Part shown: piece by piece, positions 1 through 10,020 of the stretch | Position numbering within the stretch: position 1 is the stretch's first letter | Layout: every line of letters starts with the position of its first letter | NCBI GenBank assembly: GCA_965660445.1 | Contig: CBFIAK010000001.1 | Coordinates: 288,001 to 352,000 of the forward strand | Direction: 5' to 3' | Length of the DNA: 64,000 nt | Source: Patescibacteria group bacterium | Lineage (GTDB): Bacteria > Patescibacteriota > Gracilibacteria > UBA4473 | Notes under the pieces: generated by a model | What the model was told of the DNA's origin: nothing | The model's database searches: none | What the model saw: only the letters and a program-made list of their open reading frames with translations | Made by a program: the position numbers and the translations under genes

Positions 1-22
1 TTCTCATTGAGATTCCAGATTC

Positions 23-871
23 TTATTTAAACCATGATTGAACCGTTGTTTTTATGCGATATGAGAATGAGTTTTGTATCTGCATAATATTTGTTTTATA
101 TTGCTGAGCCATCTTTGCAAAGGGAGCATCAGTTATTGTGAGTGAGTTGAGTATATATAATGCCTCATCGTACTTTTTTTGATAAAATAATCCCTGTGCT
201 TTTAAGAATAAAAGACCTTCATAATAGGGGAACCTTTGGAGTCCTTCGTTTACTATTGCTAACCCACCTTCAATATCAGATTGGTATTTTAAGAGATAGG
301 AAGCGTAATGATAAAAATCAGACTCGCTTCCGTATTCCATAATAGACCGAGAATGATCTTTATTGACCTGATCAGCTTTGTCTTTGTATTCTTGCGTGAG
401 AGTTATATCATTTTTTAGAAGAGAACGTCCTGCCATATGTCCATATAAACGCATCAAGAATAAAACGTCTTTTGTGTCATTGGGTGGTGTTTGAAGCATT
501 TCTTCATAGACTTCAATAGAAGTGAGAATCTCTTGATCATGCAGAGTCTCGATATCTTTTTTTTGGATTGATTTTAAAAGATCATCGTTATCCGAAAAAA
601 TATTTAAAACATCTTCATCATCTTTTTCAGATATATCGTTTGGATGAAATTCAATATGAGTGTTTGTATTATAAGACGAGTCTTCCCAATTGTTTTTGAA
701 GTCTTGGTGTTCTTTCTCAAGCGTTAATAAATCTGTCATTGCTTGAGTTGATTCAATCGTTTTGAGTAATGAAGAAAGTCGATCGTATCCTGCATCAAAA
801 TAATGAACCCCGTTTTCAGAATTCATTAAATCATCCTTTATAGATTGTAATCTTTGTTCAAATGTATTCAT
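23..871 (-). CDS. Hypothetical protein with C-terminal TPR-like repeats
   Basis: 282-aa ORF; TPR-like segment AIVNEGLQRFPYYEGLLFLKAQGLFYQKKYDEAL. Confidence 0.6.
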   Translation of the reverse strand: MNTFEQRLQSIKDDLMNSENGVHYFDAGYDRLSSLLKTIESTQAMTDLLTLEKEHQDFKNNWEDSSYNTNTHIEFHPNDISEKDDEDVLNIFSDNDDLLKSIQKKDIETLHDQEILTSIEVYEEMLQTPPNDTKDVLFLMRLYGHMAGRSLLKNDITLTQEYKDKADQVNKDHSRSIMEYGSESDFYHYASYLLKYQSDIEGGLAIVNEGLQRFPYYEGLLFLKAQGLFYQKKYDEALYILNSLTITDAPFAKMAQQYKTNIMQIQNSFSYRIKTTVQSWFK

Positions 872-875
872 TTAT

Positions 876-2369
876 TTATGCGTTCAGTTTCTTACGTCCT
901 AAAAAGAAAAAGAGCCATGAACAAAACAAAATAAGGACAATTGATCCAAATCCAAGGAAGATTATGTATTCTTTTGGGTATCCACCATACCATTCTTGAG
1001 TTTCTTTGTAGAGCGTTGCTATAAAGAGTAAAGAAAGAATAATCGGAGTGAGTTTCATAAGAGAATCAAATAGAGCTGGAATTTTAAATGATCGAGCGTG
1101 ATCATTGATCCAATGCCGAACAGTGCTCGCTCCAACTTTATAAGCAATAACGTATGATTCTAAGATACCGACCAAAAGAAGCATGAATCCACTAATAAAA
1201 TGATCAACAATATCTAAGTAATATAACCCAGCTCCGAACAAATAAGGGAGAGAAAGAAGCATTGCAACACCAACCACCCGAAGGAGTAAAGAAAAATATG
1301 TTTTTTCTTCGCCACCAAATAAATCATTAAATGAGCCTGTAATAGCTTCTAGTAACCCAAAAATAGAATCAATTGCTAAGAAAAAGAAAATAATAAATAA
1401 CAGTAATGCAAAAAATAAAACACCCGTTGGCATCAATGATATAGCTGTTGGGAGTACTGAAAAAATAAGCATTGGTCCTCCTTGTGAAACTTCAGAAACA
1501 CCAACTCCTTGAGATTGTGCCATAAATCCAAGTGTTGAAAACACAGCTAGTCCCGATAGGAGTGATACCAAAAAATTTCCACCTAAAATCCATAAAGAGC
1601 TTAGAGGTAATTCTTCATCTTTTTTTCGGTGACTCGCTGCTAAAATAAAGTATGCCATTGCCACAGATGCCGAAAAGAAACTCTGAGAAATCGCTGCTTG
1701 CCATAACTGGATATTGAATAAGCTTCCCCAATCAGGAATTAAAAACAATGCCAGTCCATCAGCCGCCCCCGGAAGAGTTACACCTCGAATCATCATAATG
1801 AAAAGAAGAATAAATGGCGCAATAGCGGTTACTTTTACGACCGAAGACAGTGTTTGTACGTTTTTTCGTAACGCGAAAAGGACAAGAGCATATCCAATAA
1901 GAACTGCAAACAAAATAGGAAACTGAAATGTTCCCATATCGGTAATGTTATCGGTGAGTTGAATAATGTTTTCTGTAAAATATCCAGATGGGTTTGCTAA
2001 AAATTCTGGATTAAAGATATGAGCCATATATGTTAATCCCCATGCCATAATAGGGGTGTAATAGGTCAAAATACCAAAAATAGAAAATACAGCAATCCAT
2101 TGAATCCAAGAGGTGTTCTTTGAAAATTTTTCAAACGATTGAGGTGCTGCAAGTCTGAATTTCTGACCAATAACACTTTCACTTAAAAGCAGTGGATATA
2201 CAATAAAAAGGTTTGAAATAAGAAGCGCTATAATAAACGCAGCCCCTCCATTTTCATAGGCGAGCATCGGAAACCTCCAGAGATTACCAAGCCCAGCAGC
2301 ACAACCTATAGCGGCTAAAATATAACTAAAATTACTATTCCATGTAGACCGATTTTGAAAAAGAGACAT
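876..2369 (-). CDS. Sodium-dependent transporter, NSS/SNF family
   Basis: R..W.S...ILAAIGCAAGLGNLWRFP..AYENGGAAF signature; about 12 TM helices. Confidence 0.93.
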   Translation of the reverse strand: MSLFQNRSTWNSNFSYILAAIGCAAGLGNLWRFPMLAYENGGAAFIIALLISNLFIVYPLLLSESVIGQKFRLAAPQSFEKFSKNTSWIQWIAVFSIFGILTYYTPIMAWGLTYMAHIFNPEFLANPSGYFTENIIQLTDNITDMGTFQFPILFAVLIGYALVLFALRKNVQTLSSVVKVTAIAPFILLFIMMIRGVTLPGAADGLALFLIPDWGSLFNIQLWQAAISQSFFSASVAMAYFILAASHRKKDEELPLSSLWILGGNFLVSLLSGLAVFSTLGFMAQSQGVGVSEVSQGGPMLIFSVLPTAISLMPTGVLFFALLLFIIFFFLAIDSIFGLLEAITGSFNDLFGGEEKTYFSLLLRVVGVAMLLSLPYLFGAGLYYLDIVDHFISGFMLLLVGILESYVIAYKVGASTVRHWINDHARSFKIPALFDSLMKLTPIILSLLFIATLYKETQEWYGGYPKEYIIFLGFGSIVLILFCSWLFFFLGRKKLNA

Positions 2370-2432
2370 GTCAAAAACCGTTAAGAAGTAACGTGAATGT
2401 AACAGAAAAAAACTTTTTGCGCCAGTGTTTTT

Positions 2433-3602
2433 TTATTCAAATAAATAAAGATAGTGTTCGTATCCTTCTTCTTTCATTGTCTCGAGTGGTACGAATCGTA
2501 ATGATGCAGAATTAACACAAAACCGATTTCCCCCATGTTCCTCTGGTCCATCAGAGAAAACGTGTCCTAAATGAGCGTCAGAAGCACTCGAACGTATTTC
2601 TGTTCGTGGAATAGGAAGTTTTTCATCAGGAAGGGTTTCAACTGATTCAGGTCGAATTGTTTTATAAAAACTTGGCCAACCTGTTCCTGAATCATACTTG
2701 TGTGTCGACGAAAAAAGAGGATCCCCACTTACTTTATCAACATAAATACCGTCAGCTGTATGGTTCCAGTATTCATTATCAAAAGGTTTTTCAGTGCCTC
2801 CTTCTATAATCACATGATAAGAAAGCGGATCGAGTGATTCAATGACTTCTGCTGAAGGTTTTTGATAGGCAGGCGTAAAGAGAGCATCGTAGGCTTCTTC
2901 TTTTCGTTGTATGTATTTGTTTCTTCCAGATGCGTTTGCGTATTGTTTATACCGTTGTGATTGTTTGAGATAAAAATTTTGATGGTATTCTTCTGCCAAA
3001 AAAAATGTTGTAAATGGCAAAACCTGCGTAAAAATAGGACCATCAAAAATATCAGATTCCTGAAGTTTTTTCATATACATTTCAGCAATGTGTTCTTGAT
3101 CGTCTGTATGATAAAAAACAGCTGTTGTGTAATGAAACCCTTTGTCAGCAAACTGTCCTTCGCTATCAGTGGGGTCAATAACACGAAAAAATGTTTCAAG
3201 AAGTGTCTCATACGAAACTTTTGCAGGATTATACCATACTTGAACAGATTCTCGATGGCCTGTTTCTCCTTGTGTCACTTGGTCGTAGGTCGGATTTTCT
3301 TCATTTCCACCAGCATATCCACTCAAGGCTTCTTCAACACCATCCAGTGATTCAAAAGGACCTTCTAAACACCAAAAACATCCACCAGCAAATGTGGCCT
3401 TTTCAAGATTGGATTGTTGTCTCAAAGACTCAATGCGGTCGGAAGCATCAATAAATAAACGATTAGGCAAAGAGGATTCATCCATGTCATATGAAGATAA
3501 AGAGTGTAAAACACCAGACTGAGCAAGATTAAGCCATAGAAGACCAGAAAGAAAAATAATGCTTACTGTGCTTATTAAATAGAGGTGTTTTTTTTTATTC
3601 AT
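2433..3602 (-). CDS. msrAB: Bifunctional methionine sulfoxide reductase MsrA/MsrB with N-terminal membrane anchor
   Basis: GGCFWC (MsrA), AEEYHQ; KYDSGTGWPSF, HLGHVF, RFCVNS (MsrB). Confidence 0.95.
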   Translation of the reverse strand: MNKKKHLYLISTVSIIFLSGLLWLNLAQSGVLHSLSSYDMDESSLPNRLFIDASDRIESLRQQSNLEKATFAGGCFWCLEGPFESLDGVEEALSGYAGGNEENPTYDQVTQGETGHRESVQVWYNPAKVSYETLLETFFRVIDPTDSEGQFADKGFHYTTAVFYHTDDQEHIAEMYMKKLQESDIFDGPIFTQVLPFTTFFLAEEYHQNFYLKQSQRYKQYANASGRNKYIQRKEEAYDALFTPAYQKPSAEVIESLDPLSYHVIIEGGTEKPFDNEYWNHTADGIYVDKVSGDPLFSSTHKYDSGTGWPSFYKTIRPESVETLPDEKLPIPRTEIRSSASDAHLGHVFSDGPEEHGGNRFCVNSASLRFVPLETMKEEGYEHYLYLFE

Positions 3603-4038
3603 TGTGGAGTTTTATGCTTCGGTGTTGAATATCAATCGTTTGGTGTATGCAATTAATACGGAAAATCGAAAACCCAGTCTTTGTGGGTGTTACCATTTGA
3701 ATATCACTATTGGGATTGAGTGTTTGAGTTTCAATTCGTTGAAGGTATTGTTCATAAATATGAGTAAATAAATCAAACGGAATAAGTTTTGTGTCTTTGT
3801 TTTCTTGAGTAAGCGTGTTGTATAAATCTTCTGCAGATACAACAAAGGTGAGTGATTCTTGTGTAGACGACGGTAGAAATTGTATGTTCCATTCAGGATA
3901 ATCAAGAGAATCAATATGTACTTTGAGGGTGTCCAGGTTTTCTCGAGCGGTTTTTTGGCTCGTTGTATCAGTCGTTTCGAATCGAGTTTCTCGTGTTTCT
4001 GATGGTTTATTTTGGTATATAAAACGAATAGAATCCAT
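3595..4038 (-). CDS. Hypothetical protein
   Basis: 147-aa ORF whose stop overlaps the msrAB start; TATAAT upstream. Confidence 0.6.
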   Translation of the reverse strand: MDSIRFIYQNKPSETRETRFETTDTTSQKTARENLDTLKVHIDSLDYPEWNIQFLPSSTQESLTFVVSAEDLYNTLTQENKDTKLIPFDLFTHIYEQYLQRIETQTLNPNSDIQMVTPTKTGFSIFRINCIHQTIDIQHRSIKLHNE

Positions 4039-4142
4039 ATGGTGGAAAAAAAATCGGTTCTATTATACACAAAAAAAAGAAAGAAATCGAGGCGTTTTGA
4101 CTTTTTTGCAAAAAGAGACAGAATACGTCTGACGTATCTTTT

Positions 4143-5936
4143 TTGATTATGAGTTTACTTGCAACGGGAATAAGAACACATACTTGTGGTGATATTCAGA
4201 AAGAATCAATCGGTTCGGCAGTTGTGTTGAGTGGATGGGTGTCTCAACGTCGTGATTTGGGGAATCTGATTTTTTTAGTGATTCGTGATCAGTATGGGAC
4301 GGTGCAAGTAGTATGTGATCCAGAAAAAACAAAAGATGTACATGCTGTTGCTGAAAAACTTCGATCAGAATGGGTTGTGCGTATCACAGGGACCGTTCAA
4401 GAAAAAGAAGATAAAACCGGAAAAGAAATACGCCCACAGTCACTTGAAGTATTAAACCAGTCGCTCACTCCTCCGTTTGAACTCAAAAATGAAGTGGATG
4501 TGAAAAATGAAGATTTGCGACTCGAATATCGGTATCTTGATTTGCGACGAGAACGTATGCAACGAAATCTATCAATGCGTCATCATCTGGTGCATTGGAT
4601 TCGGAACTATTTTTATGAACATCGGTTTACCGATATTGAAACTCCTATTTTAGTGAAAGGAACACCAGAAGGGTCGCGAGAATATATTGTGCCCAGTCGA
4701 CTTCATCCTGAAAAATTTTATGTGTTGCCACAATCTCCACAACAATTAAAACAGTTACTGATGGTGGGGGGGGTGGATCGGTATTTCCAAATAGCACGAT
4801 GTTTTCGAGATGAAGACTTGCGAGGTGATCGGCAACCTGAGTTTACTCAGTTTGAGATTGAAATGAGTTTTTGTACACAGGAAGATATATTAAACGTTAT
4901 AGAAGGATGTTTTCAAGGACTAATGGAGTTTATAAACACAAAAAAAGACGAACTTAGATGGAATATTCAACCGAAAAATTATACTCAATTTTTAGAAAAT
5001 GGACGGTTTCGACGTATCACTTGGAAAGATGCTATGACTCGGTTTGGGTCTGATAAACCTGATATGCGGTTCGGACTTGAATTGCAAGATGTTTCATCTA
5101 TTGCACACCTGTCTGGGTTTGGAGTATTCGAAAACGCTGAATATGTATCAGCGCTCTCTGTTCCAAAAGATGTACAAACGTTTTCGCGAAAAGATATTGA
5201 TACACTGACTCAACTGGCCCAACACAATGGAGCAAAAGGATTGGCGTGGTATCGATTTGGAGAAGAATCAGGAGCTATTGCGAAAAATACAACACATGAG
5301 TTTCAAAATAGACTTCAACAACAATTACAAGCTCATGATGGGGATATGGTATTCTTTGGAGCTGGAGGGTTTATTGAAGCTTGTGAACCACTCGGATCAG
5401 TGCGATTGCATATTGCTCAACAATCAAATCTTATAAATGCGACTGATTATGCGTTTGTGTGGGTGCTCGATTTTCCATTATTTGAAACCAAAAAAGATGG
5501 TAGTTTTGGATCGGCGCATCATCCATTTACTCGTCCCCACACAGAAGATATCGAAAAATTAAAAACAGACCCTTTATCAGTGTTGTCTCATGCGTATGAT
5601 ATTGTGCTGAATGGCGTTGAGTTAGGAGGTGGGTCATTGCGTATTCACCAACAGTCATTACAACATTTAATTTTTGAGGTCTTGGGTATGGATGAGGCAG
5701 AGATACAAATGAAGTTCGGACACATGATGAAAGCGTTTCAGTATGGATGTCCGCCTCATGGAGGTTGTGCGATGGGGTTAGATCGAGTGATTATGATGAT
5801 GAGCGAAGAACCAAATATTCGAGAGGTTATTGCGTTTCCTAAAAATCAGTCTGCGCAAGACCTTATGCTGGGGTCTCCATCAGCGATGCCATTGGCAGAA
5901 TTACACGAACAAAATATCGATATATTACAGCGGTGA
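4143..5936 (+). CDS. aspS: Aspartate--tRNA ligase (RRDLG suggests discriminating type)
   Basis: RTHTCG, LPQSPQ, FRDEDLRGDRQPEFTQ, GAD insert, PPHGG..GLDR. Confidence 0.97.
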   Translation: MIMSLLATGIRTHTCGDIQKESIGSAVVLSGWVSQRRDLGNLIFLVIRDQYGTVQVVCDPEKTKDVHAVAEKLRSEWVVRITGTVQEKEDKTGKEIRPQSLEVLNQSLTPPFELKNEVDVKNEDLRLEYRYLDLRRERMQRNLSMRHHLVHWIRNYFYEHRFTDIETPILVKGTPEGSREYIVPSRLHPEKFYVLPQSPQQLKQLLMVGGVDRYFQIARCFRDEDLRGDRQPEFTQFEIEMSFCTQEDILNVIEGCFQGLMEFINTKKDELRWNIQPKNYTQFLENGRFRRITWKDAMTRFGSDKPDMRFGLELQDVSSIAHLSGFGVFENAEYVSALSVPKDVQTFSRKDIDTLTQLAQHNGAKGLAWYRFGEESGAIAKNTTHEFQNRLQQQLQAHDGDMVFFGAGGFIEACEPLGSVRLHIAQQSNLINATDYAFVWVLDFPLFETKKDGSFGSAHHPFTRPHTEDIEKLKTDPLSVLSHAYDIVLNGVELGGGSLRIHQQSLQHLIFEVLGMDEAEIQMKFGHMMKAFQYGCPPHGGCAMGLDRVIMMMSEEPNIREVIAFPKNQSAQDLMLGSPSAMPLAELHEQNIDILQR

Positions 5937-6608
5937 TTGGCGAGGAATTCCGTTTGCTCGAGGATACGTGTGAGGTGTTGATTTTGTTTTTTTGATACAT
6001 ATACAGACCCGAATGTCTCCCGATGAGAGGGTGGTGTGGTATGTGTGTTGGAGTTGTCCCCCTAGTTTGGCTATTGTTGATAAGGATGTATGCAGTTCTG
6101 ATTCAATAGCAGGACCTTGATAAGCAACAAATGTTCCACCAATACGCACAAAAGGAAGTGCGTACTCTAACAGTACTCGCCAAGGAGCTAATGCACGAGC
6201 AGTAACAATATCAAATTGTTGACGAAACTCTTTTTTATGAGCGTAGTCTTCAATGCGTCCATGATGAGTTGTAATCGGTAAATGGAGTCGGTGAGTCATG
6301 TCTTGCACAGCTTTCATTTTTTTTTGGACACTATCGAGGGCATGAAACGTTGAAGAAGGAGCAAAAATAGCAAGCGGTAACACGGGAAACCCTCCACCAG
6401 AACCAAGATCTAAAATGCGTGCGTTTTGGAATGATATGTATTGTGTGGGAAGAAGAGAATCTTCGAAGTGTTTTTCGTATACGGCACTGCGATCAGAAAA
6501 GGAAGAAAGGTTTATTTTTTGGTTCCATTCGCAAAAAAGTTCAAAAAGGGATTCAAGTTGTTTGTGTTGATCTGCGCTGAGTGTCTGCAGTATGTTTTCG
6601 ATTTGCAT
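5925..6608 (-). CDS. rsmG: 16S rRNA m7G527 methyltransferase RsmG (GidB)
   Basis: WNQKINL, KHFEDS, DLGSGGGFP, ARA, YPR..G.P...PL. Confidence 0.95.
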   Translation of the reverse strand: MQIENILQTLSADQHKQLESLFELFCEWNQKINLSSFSDRSAVYEKHFEDSLLPTQYISFQNARILDLGSGGGFPVLPLAIFAPSSTFHALDSVQKKMKAVQDMTHRLHLPITTHHGRIEDYAHKKEFRQQFDIVTARALAPWRVLLEYALPFVRIGGTFVAYQGPAIESELHTSLSTIAKLGGQLQHTYHTTLSSGDIRVCICIKKTKSTPHTYPRANGIPRQSPL

Positions 6609-6684
6609 GAAAGTATGATAAAAGAGGTTTTTAAAAAAACAAAAGGTATTGTTTTGTTTTTTTTTAAAACGTATACTACAGCTA

Positions 6685-7650
6685 ATGCATATACAAGAAT
6701 CAAATATCGTGTTTTTGGAGGTAGAAGATCAAGACAGAGAGGTAGTCAAAACCCGTTTTCCAAACGCTCAAATTGATAATGGTGTTCGGGAACCCGAAGA
6801 AATTATTCGTCGATACGCAGATGCGGAAATATTGTGTCCGTTTATTTACTCGCCAATAACAGCAGATGTGATATATGGGATGCCAAACTTAAAAGGAATT
6901 GTAACTCGATCGGTCGGGTATAATCATATTGATTTAAAAGCCGCACAAGAAAGAGGGGTTTCCGTATGTAATGTGCCTGATTATGGGTCTCATGCCATAG
7001 CAGAACATGTTTTTGCGTTACTGTTGTCTTCTGTTCGATTTGTACAAGAAGGTGACGAAAGGGTTGAACTTGGATATTTTGATTTTCGGGGACTGCGAGG
7101 GCTTGCTTTGAAAGGAAAAACACTGGGTATCGTTGGACTTGGGAAGATTGGAGTGAATGTTGCACGTATTGCCTCAAAAGGCTTTCTGATGAATGTTTTG
7201 GCGTGTGATATACACGAAGACGCAGAAAAAGCTCAAGAATATGGGTTTTTGTATACCGATCAAGAAACACTGTTTCGAGAATCAGATATTATCTCCCTTC
7301 ATGCACCACTATTAGATTCAACGTATCATATGATCAATACAGAATCTATTGCGTCTATGAAAGATGGAGTAGTTCTTATTAATACCGCTCGAGGAGGTCT
7401 TATTGATACACAAGCATTATTAGAATCATTACGGTCTCGCAAAATTGCTTATGCCGCTTTGGATGTATTAGAACATGAAAAAAATATTGAGCGTCATCAT
7501 GAGTTATTACATATGAAAAATGTTGTTGTTACGCCTCATATTGCTTTTTATGCAGATGACACAATGGCAACAATGTATAGCGAAGCCTTTTTATCTATCG
7601 AATCAATTATGCGTGGTGATGGGTGTTTACATCGTGTGCAAGGTATTTAA
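6685..7650 (+). CDS. D-2-hydroxyacid (D-lactate-like) dehydrogenase
   Basis: RSVGYNHID, GLGKIG, INTARG, DVLEHE, TPHIAF; start moved to ATG 6685, 7 nt after TATACT. Confidence 0.9.
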   Translation: MHIQESNIVFLEVEDQDREVVKTRFPNAQIDNGVREPEEIIRRYADAEILCPFIYSPITADVIYGMPNLKGIVTRSVGYNHIDLKAAQERGVSVCNVPDYGSHAIAEHVFALLLSSVRFVQEGDERVELGYFDFRGLRGLALKGKTLGIVGLGKIGVNVARIASKGFLMNVLACDIHEDAEKAQEYGFLYTDQETLFRESDIISLHAPLLDSTYHMINTESIASMKDGVVLINTARGGLIDTQALLESLRSRKIAYAALDVLEHEKNIERHHELLHMKNVVVTPHIAFYADDTMATMYSEAFLSIESIMRGDGCLHRVQGI

Positions 7651-7716
7651 AGGGGTGCTTGCAATTTTGAAATCAAGTTTTTATAATTGAGTTATATTTT
7701 TTAACTTTTTATTTAC

Positions 7717-8145
7717 ATGTTTAGTGCAGATAACGGTTCTCGTAATGCCGAGGGTCTTTTGCGTACCGGTTTGGCATTGTTTCTTCTTCTTGCAGGGATT
7801 GGAAAACTAATGGGTGGTATTGGAACATTTGTAACGACTATGACAACAGGGATGTTTGCAGAATCTTTTCTTCCTATGGCACTCGTGACAGCGGTTGCTT
7901 ATATTGTTCCTGTTGCAGAAGTAGCACTTGGAGTGTGGCTTTTGAGTGGTTGGAAACGTGATTTAGGATTGTGGATTACAGGGCTTTTGTTTGTGATTTT
8001 TATTGTTGGACATTTATCAGTAGGAGATATGAATCTTCAAGGACTGTTCTTGTATCTTTTAATCACCGCTTATACAGCGACGCTTCCTGCAGAGGATGTT
8101 GTTGTGTACTCAAAATGTGTGGACTTCGAAAATAAGAAAGTATAA
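7717..8145 (+). CDS. DoxX-family membrane protein
   Basis: LLR..LA.F....G.GK and P.AE..LG..LL.G pattern; 4 TM helices. Confidence 0.8.
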   Translation: MFSADNGSRNAEGLLRTGLALFLLLAGIGKLMGGIGTFVTTMTTGMFAESFLPMALVTAVAYIVPVAEVALGVWLLSGWKRDLGLWITGLLFVIFIVGHLSVGDMNLQGLFLYLLITAYTATLPAEDVVVYSKCVDFENKKV

Positions 8146-8155
8146 AAAAATGAAT

Positions 8156-8190
8156 CTTAAAAACCCTTTTCTAAAAAAAGGGTTTTTAAG
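8156..8190 (+). terminator. Intrinsic terminator
   Basis: CTTAAAAACCCTTTT / AAAAGGGTTTTTAAG inverted repeat after the DoxX gene. Confidence 0.75.
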
Positions 8191-8292
8191 AAAAGTGTAA
8201 AAAAAGCATAAGATGAGCTCCATATCGAGTAAAGATTCTTGCAAATTGTACTCACCCATTTCATACTAGAGAGTGAATATTCACTATTTCTT

Positions 8293-10011
8293 ATGCAAAG
8301 AGCACGTTTAAAAATACTCGGACAAAGTGGATCAGGGCTTTTAACAGTTGGAGACCTATTTTCTCAAGCATTACGATCGCTTGGGTTTCAGTTATGTTCC
8401 GATCGAGAATATGCTTCTATTATTAAAGGTGGATATGGGTGTTATACAATCAATTTTGGAGAAACCACTATTCGGTCGTTGTCACAAAATGCGGATATTA
8501 TGGTTGCGATTGATAAACCGAGTTTAGAAGAGTATTACCACCAACTCGTTCCAAAAGGAAAACTTATTCATGCGTTTGAGTTGTTTGCCAGTATGAAAGA
8601 TATTATCGAGTATAATGATCATAACAATATCGAGTCTTTTTTTATTCCGTGTCATTCCATTGCGAAAGAGAATAATGGAACCAAAATTATGACCAATATC
8701 ATTCTTTTGGGAACATTAGCCAAAATATTTGGTATGAAGTATGAAACTATTGAGGCTATTGTGAGAAAAAAGTTCGAGAAAAAAGTAAATATAGTCGATA
8801 TTGTAATGGGGTGTTTACATGCTGGATATGAAGCTGGTGAAATAGGGTTTCATGTTGAGACTCCCAAACAAAAAAATGATATGAGGTTGCTGAACGGAAA
8901 TCATGCTTTAGCACTCGGGGCTTTACATGGGGGTGTTCAGTTTTATGCTGGGTATCCGATGAGTCCATCAAGCTCGATTTTAGGATACATGGCTCAGTTT
9001 GGACCAAAAGCTGATATTGTTGTTCGGCAAGTAGAAGACGAAATTACAGCAGCACAAATGGCATTAGGAGCATGTGCTGCGGGTACGCGGTCGTTAACAG
9101 CAACATCAGGTGGGGGGTTTGATTTAATGACAGAAACACTCTCTTTGGCTGGGATTTTAGAAGTCCCTTTTGTCAGTATTATTGCGCAGCGTCCCGGGCC
9201 AGCTACAGGGCTTCCTACATGGACCGCTCAAGGTGATTTAGATTTGGCTATTCATGCTGGACATGGGGAGTTTCCTCGTATTGTTATTGGGGTTTCGAAT
9301 CCGATTGATTCGTTTCGGTTAATGCAAGAGGCGCTTAATAATGCAGAAAAATATCAAGTGCCGGTTATTGTGTTAATTGAAAAAGTAGTATGTGAATCGA
9401 AGATGACGATTCCACCATTAGAACAAAATACCATTCCTATTGAGCGTTGGTTGGTAGAAGAAAAAGAATTTGAAAAAATACAGTCTTCGGATCGATACAA
9501 AATTACAGAATCAGGTGTTTCTGTGCGATGGAACCCTGGAGATTGTGAAGCGTATTATTTTGCAAACGGTGATGAACACTGGGAAATGGGAGAACTTGAA
9601 GAAGGTGAACGAGCGGGGGAGATGTATGAAAAACGAATGAGAAAACTCGAAACGATTAAAAAAGATTTACCCGCACCAAAAGTGTACGGACCAGAAACAG
9701 CGGATATTTCATTTATTGGTTGGGGAAGTTCTTTGAGTATTATGAGCGATATTATTGCTCTTTATGAATCGAGTGATGTGCGCGTAAATTACCTCCATTA
9801 TGAGTATGTATGGCCGTTGAATCGTGAATCGGCACATGATTTTTTTGAAAAAAATAAGAACGTTCATTTGATTGAGAATAATTACACAGGGCAGTTTGGA
9901 AACAAGTTAGAGTTTCATACGGAAAGTCGGTTTCAAGGACGTCTTTTGAAATGGAACGGACGACCGTTTTTCATTGAAGATGTTCAAGCTTATATTCAAA
10001 CCCATATTTAA
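8293..10011 (+). CDS. 2-oxoacid:ferredoxin oxidoreductase subunit alpha (gamma-alpha fusion)
   Basis: GNHA.A.GA, YPMSP, EDE, ATSGGGFDLM, QRPGPATGLPT; ATG 8293 preferred. Confidence 0.93.
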   Translation: MQRARLKILGQSGSGLLTVGDLFSQALRSLGFQLCSDREYASIIKGGYGCYTINFGETTIRSLSQNADIMVAIDKPSLEEYYHQLVPKGKLIHAFELFASMKDIIEYNDHNNIESFFIPCHSIAKENNGTKIMTNIILLGTLAKIFGMKYETIEAIVRKKFEKKVNIVDIVMGCLHAGYEAGEIGFHVETPKQKNDMRLLNGNHALALGALHGGVQFYAGYPMSPSSSILGYMAQFGPKADIVVRQVEDEITAAQMALGACAAGTRSLTATSGGGFDLMTETLSLAGILEVPFVSIIAQRPGPATGLPTWTAQGDLDLAIHAGHGEFPRIVIGVSNPIDSFRLMQEALNNAEKYQVPVIVLIEKVVCESKMTIPPLEQNTIPIERWLVEEKEFEKIQSSDRYKITESGVSVRWNPGDCEAYYFANGDEHWEMGELEEGERAGEMYEKRMRKLETIKKDLPAPKVYGPETADISFIGWGSSLSIMSDIIALYESSDVRVNYLHYEYVWPLNRESAHDFFEKNKNVHLIENNYTGQFGNKLEFHTESRFQGRLLKWNGRPFFIEDVQAYIQTHI

Positions 10012-10020
10012 TTTTATTTT

